Assembly (NCBI GenBank): GCA_964291495.2
Contig: OZ219872.1
Span: 160,001-224,000, forward strand
DNA from: Dehalococcoidia bacterium
Lineage (GTDB): Bacteria; Chloroflexota; Dehalococcoidia; UBA2979
Direction: 5' to 3'
DNA: 64,000 nt
How positions within the stretch are numbered: the first letter of the stretch is position 1; each line of letters begins with the position of its first letter. Positions 1 through 8,854 of the stretch are shown here, one piece after another. The position numbers and the translations under genes were made by a program. The notes under the pieces were generated by a model, which was not told the origin of the DNA, ran no database searches, and saw nothing but the letters and a program-made list of their open reading frames with translations.

Positions 1-420
1 CCGGTCTTCTACGACTCGCTGCTGGGCAAGCTGATCGTCTGGGCGGAGGACCGCCCGGCCGCGATCGAGCGGCTGCGGCGCGCGCTGCAGGATCTCCTGG
101 TCGCCGGCATCGACACCAACGCGCCGTTCCACCTCGCGCTGCTCGACCACCCGGACTACGTCTCGGGCGCGGTCGACACCGGCTGGCTGGAGCGCGAGTT
201 CGAGATGCCCCCACCGCCCGAGGACGACCCGAGCGAGGTCACGGCGCTGATCGCCGCCGCGCTCGCGTCGGGCATGAGCAGCGCTCGCGGATCGGGCGCG
301 AACGGAGCAGCGGGCGCGCCGGGGCGCGGCTGGGCGCTGGCCGGGCGCAGCGACGCGCTGGGCGCGCGCGTGCGCCACGCGGAGGGACGAGGATGGCGAA
401 GCGGCATCGGCTCCTCGTAG
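1..420 (+). CDS. accC: Biotin carboxylase C-terminus (acyl-CoA carboxylase alpha subunit), 5' truncated by the window edge
   Basis: Frame 1 reads PVFYDSLLGKLIVWAEDRPAAIERLRRAL...GIDTNAPFHLALLDHPDY, the typical biotin carboxylase C-domain. Stop at 420. Confidence 0.88.
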   Translation, partial: PVFYDSLLGKLIVWAEDRPAAIERLRRALQDLLVAGIDTNAPFHLALLDHPDYVSGAVDTGWLEREFEMPPPPEDDPSEVTALIAAALASGMSSARGSGANGAAGAPGRGWALAGRSDALGARVRHAEGRGWRSGIGSS

Positions 421-926
421 GCGGCGAGGAGCGCACGGTCGTGCTCGACAGCGCCCCCGGCGAGGGCGGCGAGACGCTCGTCACGATCGACGAGGCGGAG
501 CCGATCGCGATCGCCGTGGACGCGGCGGAGCTGCCCGGCTTCGTCTCGTTCCGCATCGGAGGCGTCACGCGGCGCGCCTACGTCGCGCGCGACGGCGCCT
601 CGTTCGACGTGACCGTGGGCTCGCGGCGTTTCGTGGTCCAGCAGGTCACGGGCAGCGGACGCGGGCGCGGCGTGGTCGGCGGCGCCGAGGATGCGCCCGG
701 CGAGATCACCTCCCCCCTCGCGGGCGTCGTCGTCGAGGTGCGCGTCGCGCCGGGCGACGTGCTGGAGGCCGGCACGACGGTGCTCGTCCTCGAGGCGATG
801 AAGATGCAGAACGAGGTGCTGATCCCGCTCGACGGCACGGTGACGGCCGTGCGCGTGAACGCCCGCGACAGCGTGGAGCAGGGCCAGTTGCTCGTCGAGT
901 ACGACCCCGACGGAGCGGACGAATAA
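393..926 (+). CDS. accB: Biotin carboxyl carrier protein with an N-terminal BT-like extension
   Basis: Biotinylation motif VLEAMKMQNE. Overlaps the end of the biotin carboxylase gene. Confidence 0.88.
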   Translation: MAKRHRLLVGGEERTVVLDSAPGEGGETLVTIDEAEPIAIAVDAAELPGFVSFRIGGVTRRAYVARDGASFDVTVGSRRFVVQQVTGSGRGRGVVGGAEDAPGEITSPLAGVVVEVRVAPGDVLEAGTTVLVLEAMKMQNEVLIPLDGTVTAVRVNARDSVEQGQLLVEYDPDGADE

Positions 927-1030
927 GCACGAATCCGCCGCCGCCGCGACCACAGGCATTGCCGGTAGTGCTAGAATCTGCGCCCGCGCGCCCCGGTCGG
1001 GCGCCCGGATGTAGCTGAGAGGCGCCTCCG

Positions 1031-1585
1031 ATCGCGAAAGAGCTGCGGGTCAACGATCAGATTCAGGTTCCGCAGGTCCGCGTGATCCGTGACACCGAGC
1101 AACTCGGCATCCTCGATATCGACGAGGCGCAGCGCATTGCCGACGAGGCGAACCTCGACCTCGTCGAGGTTGCGCCGACGGCGACCCCGCCCGTCGTCCG
1201 GATCATGGACTACGGCAAGTTCAAGTATCAGCAGGCCAAGCGCGAGCGCGAGTCGCGCAAGTCCTCGCGCCACTCCTCGCTGCGGGAGGTGCGGATGCGC
1301 GTCAAGATCGACGAGCACGACATCGCCTTCAAGGCGCGCACCGCGCGCAAGCTGCTGGGCGAGGGCGACAAGGTGAAGATCTCGGTGATGTTCCGCGCGC
1401 GCGAGATCACCCACCCGGAGGTCGGCCGCGACCTGCTCGATCGCTTCTACTCGCGCATCGAGGACGTCGCGACGATCGAGCGGCCGCCGCAGATGGAGGG
1501 CCGCATGCTCTCGATGGTCGTCATGCGCGACCCCAAGGCGGCCGCCGGTGAGGCGCCGGACGCCGCGGCGGCGTCCTCCGGGTAG
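1031..1585 (+). CDS. infC: Translation initiation factor IF-3, non-canonical ATC start
   Basis: Reads IAKELRVNDQI..VRVI...LDLVEVAP...IMDYGKFKY...F.AREI.HPE. In-frame TGA at 1016, SD-like GAGAGG at 1017-1022, ATC at 1031. Confidence 0.95.
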   Translation: MAKELRVNDQIQVPQVRVIRDTEQLGILDIDEAQRIADEANLDLVEVAPTATPPVVRIMDYGKFKYQQAKRERESRKSSRHSSLREVRMRVKIDEHDIAFKARTARKLLGEGDKVKISVMFRAREITHPEVGRDLLDRFYSRIEDVATIERPPQMEGRMLSMVVMRDPKAAAGEAPDAAAASSG

Positions 1586-1634
1586 CTGCGGGCGCTGCTG
1601 GCCCGTAGCGCGTCCGCCTCGGTAGACTCGAACC

Positions 1635-1829
1635 ATGCCGAAGATGAAGACCCACCGGGGCACGGCGAAGCGCGTGAAGGTCACGGGCAGCGGGAAGCTG
1701 CTGGTGCGCGCCCACCACCTCAACAACAAGCGCATGAAGAAGCGCCGCGAGAAGCTGGAAGCGCTGGGCCGCATGCACGAGGTGGACAAGACGCAGCGCA
1801 AGCGCATTCGCCGGCTGCTCGGCCGCTAG
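1635..1829 (+). CDS. rpmI: 50S ribosomal protein L35
   Basis: MPKMKTHRGTAKRVKVTGSGK. Lies between infC and rplT. Confidence 0.97.
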   Translation: MPKMKTHRGTAKRVKVTGSGKLLVRAHHLNNKRMKKRREKLEALGRMHEVDKTQRKRIRRLLGR

Positions 1830-1851
1830 CGCTCACAAGGGGTAGAGGACC

Positions 1852-2208
1852 ATGCCGCGTACGCGAAACCGCGTCGCCACGCGCGCCCGCCACAAGAAGA
1901 TCATTCGCCGCGCGCGCGGCCACCGCGGCAAGCGCCATCGCAACTTCAAGGTCGCCAACGAGTCGGTACTGCACGCCTTGCGCTACGCGACCGACCACCG
2001 GCGCGAGCGCAAGGGCGACTTCCGCCGCCTCTGGATCGTGCGCATCAACGCGGCGGCCCGCCTGCACGGCCTCAGCTACAGCCGCCTGATCCAGGGCCTC
2101 AAGCGCGCCGGCATCGAGATCGACCGCAAGATGCTCGCCGACCTCGCGGTGCGCGAGCCCGAGACCTTTGGCCGGCTCGCCGCCCGCGCCGAGGCCGCCC
2201 TGGCCTGA
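1852..2208 (+). CDS. rplT: 50S ribosomal protein L20
   Basis: DFRRLWIVRINAAAR...SYSRLI...IDRKMLADLAV. Confidence 0.98.
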   Translation: MPRTRNRVATRARHKKIIRRARGHRGKRHRNFKVANESVLHALRYATDHRRERKGDFRRLWIVRINAAARLHGLSYSRLIQGLKRAGIEIDRKMLADLAVREPETFGRLAARAEAALA

Positions 2209-2232
2209 CGCCGGAACTTCCGGGGGCAAGCA

Positions 2233-2257
2233 AACGGGGCGGCTGAGCCGCCCCGTT
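2233..2257. terminator. Hairpin between convergent genes, likely a bidirectional terminator
   Basis: Perfect 11-bp stem AACGGGGCGGC-TGA-GCCGCCCCGTT between the rplT stop and the DUF169 stop at 2287. Confidence 0.7.
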
Positions 2258-2286
2258 CGGTATTCGCTGCTACCGCGTCCCTGGCG

Positions 2287-3021
2287 TCAGTTCACCGGCG
2301 GGAAGCGCTTCATATCCTCGGCGGCGTAGCCCGCCACGGCAAGGTCGGCGCCCCCGGCCGCCTCGATCTTCGAGACGACGTCGGCCAGCTGGCTTGCCGG
2401 AATCGCGCAGGTCATTTCGGAGTTGGACATCCCGGTCCGTACACGACTGAGCTGTCAGCCAACGCTCGCGGCTGCGACTCCATGTTCCTTCGCCATCGCG
2501 ACGATGTGGCACTGCGGCTTGCCCTGCAGGCTCAGGTCCGGCAGCGCGTCGGACAGCACCATCAGCTGCCGGCCGGTGACGCGCAGCATCACCACGTCCG
2601 GGTCGATCGGCGTATCGGATAGCGGGCCGTAGGTGATCGCACCGGGCTTCTCGCTGATCGTCGGGATCAGCGGCACCACGTCCATCGTCACCCAGCCGCA
2701 CTCGAGGACCGCGGCCACGTCGGAGTTGCCCGCGACCTCATCGAGGGTCTTGAGGCCGTGCGTCAGGCTGCCGACGCTGCAGTTGCCGTGGTCCTCGGCC
2801 ACGGTCGAGAACGTGCGGTCCGTGGACTTCATCCAGAACACGCAGCCGGCCGAGACGCGGCCGGTGCGGCCGTCCTCGAGCGGCGGCGGCATCGGGTCGT
2901 CGAAAGCGTCCACGCCGTCGGGAGGCGCGTCCGAGAAGGTGATCGCGATCGGCGGTACGTCGGTCCCGACGCTCGACATCAGCCGCTGGCTGAGGCCCGC
3001 CCAGTCCTCTGTCGTGGCCAT
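2287..3021 (-). CDS. DUF169-like protein, candidate selenoprotein (UGA at 2457-2455 read as Sec, about U189 of 244 aa)
   Basis: PPIAITF..GRVSAGCVFW..DHGNCSVG..YGPL..PDVV..GKPQCHIV..ASVG-[TGA]-QLSRVRTGMSNSEMTCAIP..YAAEDMKRFPPVN*. SD GGAGGT precedes ATG 3021. An alternative start is ATG 3093. Confidence 0.8.
2408..2457 (-). promoter_or_regulatory. Candidate bacterial SECIS element
   Basis: After the UGA: apical stem GGAC/GUCC (+17..20/+27..30) with loop CGGGAU, extended by GU/AC, UCG/CGA, UCA/UGA and CAG/CUG pairs out to +47. Folded by eye. Confidence 0.6.
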
Positions 3022-3172
3022 CGCCACCTCCCCATTCGCGCCGCCTCCGAAGACGCGGCGCACAAGATTCCCGAACCAGTTTCCGGTACTCATGGCTGGA
3101 GTATGCTCCAACCTTCCCAAAATGACAAAGGCCGGAGTCCGAGGGCCGCGAGGCGCGCGCGGGAGCCGGTTC

Positions 3173-5608
3173 CTACGCGCGCTGCTCCGCGCCGTGCTCG
3201 CGCGCGAGGCGCTGGAGAATGCGCGCCTGCTCGCGGTTGGCGTCCTCGCCCGTGAGCGTGCGGTCGGGCGCCTGGTAGCGGATCGCGAAGGCGATCGACT
3301 TCTTGCCCGCGGGCAGCTGCTCGCCTCGGTAGACATCGAAGACGCGCGCCTCGGCGACCAGCCGCGACTGCTCGATCAGCGCCTGCAGCGCGCCCGCCGG
3401 GACGCCCTCGTCGACGACGAGCGCGACGTCCTGCTCCACCGCCGGGAAGCGCGGCACCGGCTCGGCGCTGCGCCGCCTGGGCGACGCCACGAGCAGCGCC
3501 GCGAGGTCCAGCTCGAAGAGCGCGACCGGCTGCTCGACGCCGAACGCCTCGAGGGTGTCCGGGTGCACCTCGCCGAGCGTGCCGACGGGCGTACCGCCGA
3601 TGCCGACGCGCGCACAGCGGCCAGCGAGCAGGCCGTGCTCCTCGGACGGCTCGTACTCGAAGGCGACGCCGAGGCGCTCGCCCAGCTCGTCGAGCACGCC
3701 CTTCGCGTCGAAGAAGCCGAGGGCGCGCTCGAGCGGGCTGCCCCAGCGGTCGCGATCTGCGCCGCAGAGCGCGCCAACGACGACCTCGCGCTCGTCGGGC
3801 AGCGGGCCGTCCGCGCCGCGGCGCGGCGCGTAGATGCGCCCGGCCTCGAAGATCGCGATCTCGTCCGCGCCCGCGCGCAGGTTGCGGTCGACCGTTTCAA
3901 TCAGCGAGTGGCGCAGCGAGGTGCGCAGCACCTCGTGTTCCGAGGAGAGCGTGTTGCGCAACTGCAGCGGCGCGTTCGCCTCCAGCTCGACGGGCGGCCG
4001 GACGCGGGCCAGCGCCTCGCCGGTGGTCAACGAGTAGTTGATCACCTCCTGCAACCCCGCGGCGGCGAGTGCGCGGTTCACGCGGTCGCGCAGCGCCGGC
4101 AGCGGGGCCGGCTCGTACGAGGGCACGCGCCCGCGCACCGTCGTTGCCGGCAGCCGGTCGTAGCCGGCGATGCGCACGACCTCCTCGGCGAGGTCGTCGG
4201 GGATCGTCACGTCGGTGCGCCACCACGGCGCGTCGACGAGGAAGCGCTCGGCCATGCCCTCCTCGCCGCCCTCGCGGGCGACCGCGAAACCGAGCGCGCC
4301 GAGGGCGGATGCGACCTCGGCGTCGGGGACGTGGAAGCCGAGCACGGTGTCGAGGCGCGAGCGCTCAAGGGCGACGCTCGCGGTGGGCTGCGGCCGCGGG
4401 TAGACATCGACCGCGCCGCGCCGCGCCGTGCCGCCGCAGACCTCGACGAGCAGCTGCGTCGCGCGCCGCGAGGCGTGGGCGGAAAGCTCCGGCGCGAGGC
4501 CGCGCTCGAAGCGCGAGGAGGCCTCGCTGCGCAGCCGCAGCCGCGTCGAGGTGCGGCGGATGCTCGCCGGGTCGAACTGCGCGGCTTCCAGCAGCACCCG
4601 CGTGGTGCCCTCGTGGACCTCGCTCTCGAGGCCGCCCATCACGCCGGCGAGCGCGATCGGCCCGCTGTCGTCGGTGATCAGCAGCGTGTCGTCGCTCAGC
4701 TCGCGGTCCTCGCCGTCGAGCGTGGTCAGGCGCTCGCCCTCGCGCGCGAGGCGCACGACGACCGTGCCCCGCAGCCGGTCGGCGTCGAAGGCGTGCAGCG
4801 GGTTGCCGAGCTCGAGCATCACGTAGTTCGTGACATCGACGACGTTGTTGATCGGGCGCTGCCCGGCGGCCTGCAGCCGCTCCTGCAGCCAGCGCGGCGA
4901 GGGCCCGACGGTGATGCCCTCGATCACCGTGGCGATGTAGCGCGCGCAGAGGTCAGGGTCGTCGATCGCGACGGCGGCGGCGTCCTCGACGGGCTCGTTG
5001 CCCTCGGAGTACTCGTCGTCCTGAAGGAGCAGCGCGGCGCCGAGGATGGCAGCGGCCTCGCGGGCGATGCCGGCCATGCTCATCATGTCGGCGCGGTTCG
5101 GCCAGGTATGCACGTCCAGCACCACGTCGCCGAGGTAGTCGGCGAGCGGCGCGCCCACGGGCGCGTCCCCGGGCAGCTCGAGGATGCCCTCGTGCTCCTC
5201 CGAGAGCCCCAGCTCGCGCTCGGACAGCACCATCCCCGAGGAATCGACGCCGCGGATGCGCGCCGCCTTGAGCGTCGCGGTCTCGCCGCTGCGCGGGTCG
5301 ACCAGCGTCGCGCCCTCGCGCGCGAAGGCGACGCGCTGGCCGGCGGCGACGTTCGGCGCGCCGCAGACCACGGTGTGCGGCTCGCCCGCGCCGTACTCGA
5401 CCGTCGCGAGCACGAGGCGGTCCGCGTTGGGGTGCGGGTCGACCGAAAGCACCTCGGCGACCGTCACCAGATCGCGGTCCCAGCCGCCTACGCGCTCGAT
5501 CCCCTCGACCTCCGCAGAGGCCATCGTCAGCCGCTCCGCGAACGCCTCGACGTCGAGGTCGTCCGGGAGGTCGACGTAGTCGCGCAGCCACTTGAGGGAG
5601 ACGAGCAT
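3173..5608 (-). CDS. pheT: Phenylalanine--tRNA ligase beta subunit
   Basis: MLVSLKWLRDYV..HPNADRL..VVCGAPNV..RPINNVVDVTNYV..SEASSRFERG..LRTSL..KKSIAF. Confidence 0.97.
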   Translation of the reverse strand: MLVSLKWLRDYVDLPDDLDVEAFAERLTMASAEVEGIERVGGWDRDLVTVAEVLSVDPHPNADRLVLATVEYGAGEPHTVVCGAPNVAAGQRVAFAREGATLVDPRSGETATLKAARIRGVDSSGMVLSERELGLSEEHEGILELPGDAPVGAPLADYLGDVVLDVHTWPNRADMMSMAGIAREAAAILGAALLLQDDEYSEGNEPVEDAAAVAIDDPDLCARYIATVIEGITVGPSPRWLQERLQAAGQRPINNVVDVTNYVMLELGNPLHAFDADRLRGTVVVRLAREGERLTTLDGEDRELSDDTLLITDDSGPIALAGVMGGLESEVHEGTTRVLLEAAQFDPASIRRTSTRLRLRSEASSRFERGLAPELSAHASRRATQLLVEVCGGTARRGAVDVYPRPQPTASVALERSRLDTVLGFHVPDAEVASALGALGFAVAREGGEEGMAERFLVDAPWWRTDVTIPDDLAEEVVRIAGYDRLPATTVRGRVPSYEPAPLPALRDRVNRALAAAGLQEVINYSLTTGEALARVRPPVELEANAPLQLRNTLSSEHEVLRTSLRHSLIETVDRNLRAGADEIAIFEAGRIYAPRRGADGPLPDEREVVVGALCGADRDRWGSPLERALGFFDAKGVLDELGERLGVAFEYEPSEEHGLLAGRCARVGIGGTPVGTLGEVHPDTLEAFGVEQPVALFELDLAALLVASPRRRSAEPVPRFPAVEQDVALVVDEGVPAGALQALIEQSRLVAEARVFDVYRGEQLPAGKKSIAFAIRYQAPDRTLTGEDANREQARILQRLAREHGAEQRA

Positions 5609-5621
5609 GCGGCGGGCCTCG

Positions 5622-6050
5622 CTAGAACTGGTCGAGCAGGATGGCGTTGCCATCCGGGTCTTCGATCACGATGTGCGCAGGGCCCTCGTCCTCGGTGGCC
5701 GGGAGCGCTACCGAGGGGTCCTGGCCGTCCGGCATCTCGTGCAGCAGCTCGGTCTCGAGGCCGCGCTCGGCGAGGCGGCTCTGGACGGCGCGCACGTCGG
5801 GCGGATTGAAGGTCAGGATGTTGCCCTCGAACATCCCCTCGAAGAGGCCGATCATCGCGCCGCCCTGGCGCATCATCAGCCAGCCCTCGCCGCCGCCGAG
5901 CGGCTCGAAGCCGAGCTGCTCATAGAACGCCTGCGAGACCGCGAGGTCGCTCACCGACAGGCTCACCGAGAAGTAGCCGAGGTTCGGGTCGCCCGCCGGT
6001 GGCGGCTCGGGCGCCTCGATGTCGCCGGCTGTCGGGTCGGCTTCGGACAT
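5622..6050 (-). CDS. VOC/glyoxalase family protein
   Basis: LGYFSVSLSVSDLAVSQAFYEQLGF..IGLFEGMFEGNILTFNP..IEDPDGNAILLDQ. Confidence 0.85.
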   Translation of the reverse strand: MSEADPTAGDIEAPEPPPAGDPNLGYFSVSLSVSDLAVSQAFYEQLGFEPLGGGEGWLMMRQGGAMIGLFEGMFEGNILTFNPPDVRAVQSRLAERGLETELLHEMPDGQDPSVALPATEDEGPAHIVIEDPDGNAILLDQF

Positions 6051-6052
6051 CG

Positions 6053-7126
6053 TCAGACCCCCTGGAACTGGCGCAGGAAGCGCAGGTCGTTGGCGTAGAA
6101 GTTGCGGATGTCCTCGATGCCGTGGCGCAGCATCGCGATCCGCTCGACGCCCATGCCGGCGGCGAAGCCGGTGTAGCGCTCCGGGTCGTAGCCGGAGGCA
6201 GCGAGCACCTCGGGGTGCACCATCCCCGCACCGAGGATCTCGAGCCAGCCGCTGCCGCGGCAGACCGCGCAGCCCGGCTCGTCGCCGGGGCAGGAGAAGC
6301 AGTCGACGGCGACCTCGACGCCGGGCTCGACGAAGGGGAAGTAGGAGTGGCGCAGCAGCACGCGGCGCTCGACGCCGAAGAGCTGGCGCGCGAACTCCAG
6401 CAGCGTGCCCTTGAGATCGGCGAGCGAGACGCCCTCGTCGACGGCGAGCAGCTCGACCTGCGTCATCATCCACTCGTGCGTCGCGTCGGTCGCCTCGTAG
6501 CGGTAGCAGCGGCCGGGCACGGCGATGCGCACGGGCGGTTCGTGGGCGTCGAGGTAGCGAATCTGCATCGGCGAGGTATGCGTGCGCAGCAGCAGCGGCT
6601 GCTCGCCGTCGACGTCCTCGTCGAGCCAGAAGGTGTCCCACATATCGCGCGCGGGGTGGTCCTCGGGGATGCGCAGGCGGGTGAAGTTGTAGTCGTCGAG
6701 CTCGACCTCGGGGCCCTCGACGGTGGCGAAGCCCATGCGCGTGAAGGCGTCGAGGATCTCCTGCAGGGTCTGGGTCACGGGGTGCAGGCCGCCGCGGCGG
6801 CGGCGCCGGCCGGGCAGCGTCACATCGACGGCGCCCCCGGCGAGCTGCGAGGCGAGGGCGGCGGCGCGCAGTTCCTCGTGGCGCGCCTCGAGCGCCGCCT
6901 CGAGGTCGCGCTTGAGCGCGTTGGCGGCCTGCCCGGTGGCGCGCCGCTCCTCGGCCGGCAGCGCGGAGAGCCCGCGCAGCACGCCGGTGAGCGCCCCCGA
7001 GCGCCCGAGCACGGAGCGCCGCCACTCCTCGACGGCCTCCTCGTCGCCCGCTGCGGCGAGCGCCTCGCGCCACTCGCGCGCGAGGCTATCGAGGTCGGTG
7101 GGGCTATCGGAGGCGTCGGCGGTCAT
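6053..7126 (-). CDS. pheS: Phenylalanine--tRNA ligase alpha subunit
   Basis: HPARDMWDTF, LLRTHTSPMQ, YFPFVEP, WLEILGAGMVHP, GMGVERIAML. Confidence 0.98.
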   Translation of the reverse strand: MTADASDSPTDLDSLAREWREALAAAGDEEAVEEWRRSVLGRSGALTGVLRGLSALPAEERRATGQAANALKRDLEAALEARHEELRAAALASQLAGGAVDVTLPGRRRRRGGLHPVTQTLQEILDAFTRMGFATVEGPEVELDDYNFTRLRIPEDHPARDMWDTFWLDEDVDGEQPLLLRTHTSPMQIRYLDAHEPPVRIAVPGRCYRYEATDATHEWMMTQVELLAVDEGVSLADLKGTLLEFARQLFGVERRVLLRHSYFPFVEPGVEVAVDCFSCPGDEPGCAVCRGSGWLEILGAGMVHPEVLAASGYDPERYTGFAAGMGVERIAMLRHGIEDIRNFYANDLRFLRQFQGV

Positions 7127-7185
7127 GTTTGGAGTGTCGCGCGCGCGGCGGGTGAGGGCAACGCGGCGCGGCGGCGGCGGCCTCG

Positions 7186-7650
7186 CTACAGCGTCCGCCG
7201 CCGTGGCGGAGGCTTGATCGCGTAGACCACGGCGGAGATCAGCGCCACGACCCCGCCCAGCCCCCACGCCGGAAGCCAGCCGAGGAAGGACAGGCCCCAG
7301 GCGCCCTCGGTACCGCCGGAGCCGAGCACCACCTCCACGACCAGCGCGGCCACCAGCATCGCGACCACGACCGGCACCGGCCCGAGGAAGGCGTAGATGA
7401 ACGCCGTCGCCACCACCGCGGCGGCCACGGCCCCGACGCGCGACGTGATCGCCTGCGAGGCAACCTTCCCCACGTTGACCCCGATCGCCGCGCCCCCGAG
7501 GACGCCGGCGACCACGGCGGCAACGAGCACGATCGCGGAACCCAAGGCTCCTGTCCTCCCCTGTCGCGCACCGGCGTCGGCGGTCGCCGGCGACGATACG
7601 CCCTGTGTCGTGGGTGGTGTCGGAAGCGGAGGCCGACAGGACGCCGTCAT
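7186..7650 (-). CDS. Small multi-pass membrane protein, start uncertain
   Basis: About 4 hydrophobic segments and a basic C-tail. Fills the gap upstream of pheS. Confidence 0.55.
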   Translation of the reverse strand: MTASCRPPLPTPPTTQGVSSPATADAGARQGRTGALGSAIVLVAAVVAGVLGGAAIGVNVGKVASQAITSRVGAVAAAVVATAFIYAFLGPVPVVVAMLVAALVVEVVLGSGGTEGAWGLSFLGWLPAWGLGGVVALISAVVYAIKPPPRRRTL

Positions 7651-7654
7651 CCGC

Positions 7655-8722
7655 CTATGTACGCTGTTCTACTACCTCGATCACGTCAACGACTGCCTCG
7701 GTCGCAATGAGACAGGCTGCCGCTTCGGTCTCCGTGGCATTCCGATCGTGTTGCAAAGAAGCCGCAAAACCCACAATCGCTCGGACCGACTTCCGAGCTT
7801 CCTTACGGCTTGATCCAGCGAGTTCTACCGCGATGTACGCCTCGAGGCGCCGCTTGGCATCGGTAGCGGATGGCTCGACTCCGTCGACTGGCGGATGCCG
7901 CTCCCTCACGTACACGGCTTCCGCGAGCGAAATCAGAATCTCGCGACAAAGATGGCCGACGGACTGGAAGTCCTCCTCCGCGCTCGCATCGGCAAGCCGC
8001 TCCCGCGCCCTCTCCACTTGTCGCTGCACCTTGGACCACGCTTCGCTCGTGGAGTCCTTGGACTCACGTGCGACGGTCCGCTCTGCACTGTCTGTAGATG
8101 GTTGAACGACTCCTGGCTGCATGACGTCGCGCAGAGGCCAAGAGTAAGTGGGAATACTAGGGATCTCGTAGGTCGGTACTTTGAATGACCCTTCGACGAT
8201 ACCTAAGTGCGTGTCTGGAAAGCGGTGGCCCACAATGGAGCCACTCAGCGCTCCTAGCGTGCCTCGAAACCGCTCCGCCAATGGCCTGAGAGCGTCCGCG
8301 AACTCTTGCGCTTGATTCCGAATGTACGAAGTGATTGCAGACCGGAAAGACTCATACACTCTCGACGGCTTGGCGGAGGCATACCTTGGATAGACGGATC
8401 GCAAATAGACTCTGGCTATTCGGCGGAGAACCCAGTCAGTGAGGCTCCCAAGGTCTTCTTCGCGAAGATCTGGGGCAATCAAGAGCCTATGGAGAGCTAG
8501 CACCGTATAGTGGCGATCATCGACGGGTCGGCCCTCTTGCTCCAGTTCTTGGAGGAATATCGCGTCCCCGATCGTCATGCTGCGCTTGAGTTCGAGCTTC
8601 CCGAATCGCTTCGTACGTACGACGACGGGCGTAGTCTCTATCAAAAGCGCCAATCGTCGAGGGTGCCGCTCCCCGCTGTTGTCTGTCTCAGCACGTACCG
8701 AATCCTGCAATCGTGCCCCCAT
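7655..8722 (-). CDS. Lower-GC hypothetical protein with a C-terminal Abi_C/HEPN-like helical domain
   Basis: C-terminus reads WSKVQRQVERARERL..EEDFQSVGHLCREILISLAEAV..SATDAKRRLEAYIAVEL..LQHDR. Visibly AT-richer codon usage than its flanks. Confidence 0.7.
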   Translation of the reverse strand: MGARLQDSVRAETDNSGERHPRRLALLIETTPVVVRTKRFGKLELKRSMTIGDAIFLQELEQEGRPVDDRHYTVLALHRLLIAPDLREEDLGSLTDWVLRRIARVYLRSVYPRYASAKPSRVYESFRSAITSYIRNQAQEFADALRPLAERFRGTLGALSGSIVGHRFPDTHLGIVEGSFKVPTYEIPSIPTYSWPLRDVMQPGVVQPSTDSAERTVARESKDSTSEAWSKVQRQVERARERLADASAEEDFQSVGHLCREILISLAEAVYVRERHPPVDGVEPSATDAKRRLEAYIAVELAGSSRKEARKSVRAIVGFAASLQHDRNATETEAAACLIATEAVVDVIEVVEQRT

Positions 8723-8854
8723 TGCCCGAACCGTCACCCCACTTCCGGGCACGATACCTCAGCCTGCATCAGAACGCCCGTTTTCTTCGGCGCGCACCCC
8801 TTACGCCCGTCCCCTACAATCCCCACCACACCGCACTCCCGAAAGGAGCACCCC

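Noticed and set aside
2633-5809. Very long antisense ORFs (also 14874-17552, 38610-42428, 43266-46499, 47206-50364, 54349-57393)
   Set aside because: These are shadow frames of real genes, caused by high GC and strong GC3 bias. They carry no motifs.
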